From an uncultured Muribaculaceae bacterium (lineage in GTDB: Bacteria > Bacillota_I > Bacilli_A > RF39 > UBA660), in the NCBI GenBank assembly GCA_964408085.1, contig CAYOYB010000003.1:18806-82805 (forward strand): 64,000 nucleotides of DNA, written 5' to 3'. Below are positions 61,808-64,000 of this stretch, in pieces; positions within the stretch are counted from its first letter, which is position 1; each line of letters begins with the position of its first letter. The notes below the pieces were generated by a model. That model did no database searches, had not been told where the DNA came from, and was given only the letters and a program-made list of their open reading frames with translations. The position numbers and the translations under genes are program-made.

Positions 61808-63556
61808 TTATTGTACAGTAACAGTAAATTCTTCTGTTGGCTTTGAATAACCAAAATCTCGATAATTACTTCTAACCTTAAATGTATATATTCCAGGTGT
61901 AGAGAATATATATACTCCTCCTTTTGCTGAACTTGACATATTTTGCCATTCACCACCATTGATACTTATTTGTCTTGTAAACTGTGGAGAACCACCAACT
62001 ACTACTAGATTAGTTGTGACAGAATCACCATTTTGTAAAGAAATTGCGCTACAATTTTTGGCACCATTTGTATTTATATCAGTTATCGTACAATTTTGTC
62101 CAATATAGAAGCTCAATTTTGGATTAGCAATTGAATAGTTATCCATTATAGTAGTTGGATGGTTATTTAATTGTAAATTATTTATCTTTATATTATTACC
62201 AGCTGCCCTTAATTCAACATAACCCGATTCTTGAGTTGTATATATTCCACTTGCAACTTTACTACTATTTATAATAGTACAACTCGAGGAATCATTACAA
62301 AATTTTATATAACCTGAAATACTTGATTGACTCCAATCAAAAGAATAACCTTTATTTGGAAGATATAACTTTACAGTCAAATTTATTCCATTAATATTAA
62401 CATTATTATCATTAATAATAATACTACCATCTGGTTCTGAATCAACTATTAAATATACAGGATTTGTTATTGTCTGAGTAATACTTTCTTTTGTATTTAA
62501 TTCATTTTGTCCATCATTTACGAATGTTCCATTTATTACTCTTGCCTTTATTTGATGATTTCCATTTATTAGCCCAGTAAATGTATATTCATTACTTGGT
62601 TGTGGTTCACTTGGTAACCATGCTCCATTATCGATACTAAATTGATATCCTACAATATTTGACTCACTATCTGCTCCACTTGCTGTTACTGTTATACTAT
62701 TTGTTGTTGCTGATTTTTGTGTTACACTTGCTACTGTTGGTGCTGTCCTATCTATTTCTGTAATTGTTAATGAGCCACCATCTTTATAGTTGGTTCCATC
62801 TGATACTTTATAATAGATACTTCCATTCTCTTCCATTGTTAAAGTTGGATTACTATTTACTTTATACCATGTTTTTGCTATCAATATTCCATTTGTATTT
62901 ATTATCTCTCCATCACAAGTAAAACTTGCATCTTCTACATCTCTACAAGTTATAGATTCTATATTTGTTGTTACGTTTACTGTTGGCATTACTAAATATG
63001 TTCCTTCTCCTATAAAATTAACTGTTGCTGTTTTACTTTGACTCCATCCATCGGGACTTGGTGTTGCTGTTGGTTTTATTAATTCCGGTTTTGTTGGTGG
63101 TGTTACTGGTGTATCACCACTAGTACCTTCACATTCAGCTGTTCCATCGCTACTTGGATAAATACATTTAAAACTATTTATAGTTAAATCTGCTGTTATT
63201 TCTTTCCCGCCATTACTTATTATTACTTTACCACTTGTTGGTTTTGTCCCTTTAAAACTTAAACTACTTAAACCTGTTAAATTATAACCTGCTAGTTCTG
63301 TTATTAAATTGCAACCATTTTTATCACAAGCAAACTCTATATCATCATGCGGTAATGAACCATTATTTTCTAACATAAAGTTTGTTGCATAAGTTTCTGC
63401 TGCTTTTACTATTCCATATGTTGAATCTTTTGCTGCATTTAGTCTTGCTTTATTTAATATTTTTAATATTTGTGGTACAGCTATTAAAGCTATTATAGCT
63501 AAAATAACTATTACAGCTAATAATTCTATTAATGTAAATCCATTTTTCTTTTTCAT
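61808..63556 (-). CDS. large type IV prepilin-like protein (class III signal peptide + ~540-aa extracellular beta-rich domain)
   Basis: MKKKNGFTLIELLAVIVILAIIALIAVP is a prepilin motif. Pro/Thr-rich linker (TPPTKPELIKPTATPSPDGW), then Ig/FN3-like repeats. The start at 63556 follows AAAGGAG; the track start at 63586 adds 10 aa. Confidence 0.7.
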   Translation of the reverse strand: MKKKNGFTLIELLAVIVILAIIALIAVPQILKILNKARLNAAKDSTYGIVKAAETYATNFMLENNGSLPHDDIEFACDKNGCNLITELAGYNLTGLSSLSFKGTKPTSGKVIISNGGKEITADLTINSFKCIYPSSDGTAECEGTSGDTPVTPPTKPELIKPTATPSPDGWSQSKTATVNFIGEGTYLVMPTVNVTTNIESITCRDVEDASFTCDGEIINTNGILIAKTWYKVNSNPTLTMEENGSIYYKVSDGTNYKDGGSLTITEIDRTAPTVASVTQKSATTNSITVTASGADSESNIVGYQFSIDNGAWLPSEPQPSNEYTFTGLINGNHQIKARVINGTFVNDGQNELNTKESITQTITNPVYLIVDSEPDGSIIINDNNVNINGINLTVKLYLPNKGYSFDWSQSSISGYIKFCNDSSSCTIINSSKVASGIYTTQESGYVELRAAGNNIKINNLQLNNHPTTIMDNYSIANPKLSFYIGQNCTITDINTNGAKNCSAISLQNGDSVTTNLVVVGGSPQFTRQISINGGEWQNMSSSAKGGVYIFSTPGIYTFKVRSNYRDFGYSKPTEEFTVTVQ

Positions 63557-63814
63557 TTTTACTACTCCTTTTGCTACTTTATACACTCAATTATAACATT
63601 ATAATTATTAGTTTTCAATAATTCCTATTTACCTTTTTTATTATTGACATTATCTTTATATTTATTATAGAGCACTTAAAATTTATTTTGAAGAATTTTA
63701 ATGTTACAATCAAATATAAATATATATCATTTATTTAATTAATATAAAATAAATAAAAATACTTTTTACAATTTTATTTTTTTCGTTTATAATATCTAAA
63801 GGAGATGATTAATT

Positions 63815-64000
63815 TGAAAAATGACAATAAAGAAATAAAAACTTATATTTTACTTTTTTGTGCGATTGTTTTATACGCTATTTTAATAACAATTAAAAAT
63901 ATACCACTAATGGTTATAGGAATTGATGCTTCAAAAATATATAATATTATTTGCCAATTTTTTGCGATTGGAAGTGCTTGTTTTTTCTTTTTTAGTTGGA
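63815..64000 (+). CDS. membrane protein, N-terminal fragment (runs off window end)
   Basis: TTG start after AAAGGAG. LKNDNKEIKTYILLFCAIVLYAILITIKNIPLMVIGIDASK... is hydrophobic. Confidence 0.35.

Noticed and set aside
61723-61959. 78-aa ORF overlapping the lipoprotein gene 3' end and the pilin-like gene 5' region
   Set aside because: Overlaps two better-supported genes. No RBS and no motif.

Overview
Strongly AT-rich, low-GC Gram-positive (Firmicutes; Bacilli/Erysipelotrichia-like) chromosomal segment. Almost all genes are on the minus strand.

The backbone is conserved housekeeping clusters in Bacillus-like order: thiI (partial); ezrA divergent from rpsD; tyrS-deoC behind a Tyr T-box leader; infC-rpmI-rplT; murF; serS-murD plus an overlapping PP-loop ATPase; ftsW/rodA; yceD-rpmF; tmcAL; a GT4 glycosyltransferase; murC; tRNA-Arg(TCT); thrS behind a T-box; Bacillus-type dnaB-dnaI; and rimP-nusA-ylxR-infB with a promoter and leader terminator.

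Interspersed are sporulation-type genes (a sigma factor, a gerE-like regulator, a gerM-like protein, an orphan spoIIIAH), two type IV pilin-like proteins, and paralogous lipoproteins.

An accessory block at about 28.0-47.1 kb ends at tRNA-Arg and holds most of the unusual content:
- A ~9.4 kb integrative mobilizable element (large serine recombinase, MobV relaxase, cI/Cro-like HTH genes), bounded by a 23-nt direct repeat that overlaps the tRNA 3' end. It carries two HEPN-motif proteins, a guanylate-kinase-like P-loop protein and a duplicated promoter/operator.
- Left of it, older integration scars: a third copy of the tRNA flank, a DarT-like protein and a GNAT pseudogene.
- An NT5C nucleotidase / P-loop kinase / ATP-grasp operon immediately upstream of murC.

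No rRNA genes or CRISPR arrays were seen.
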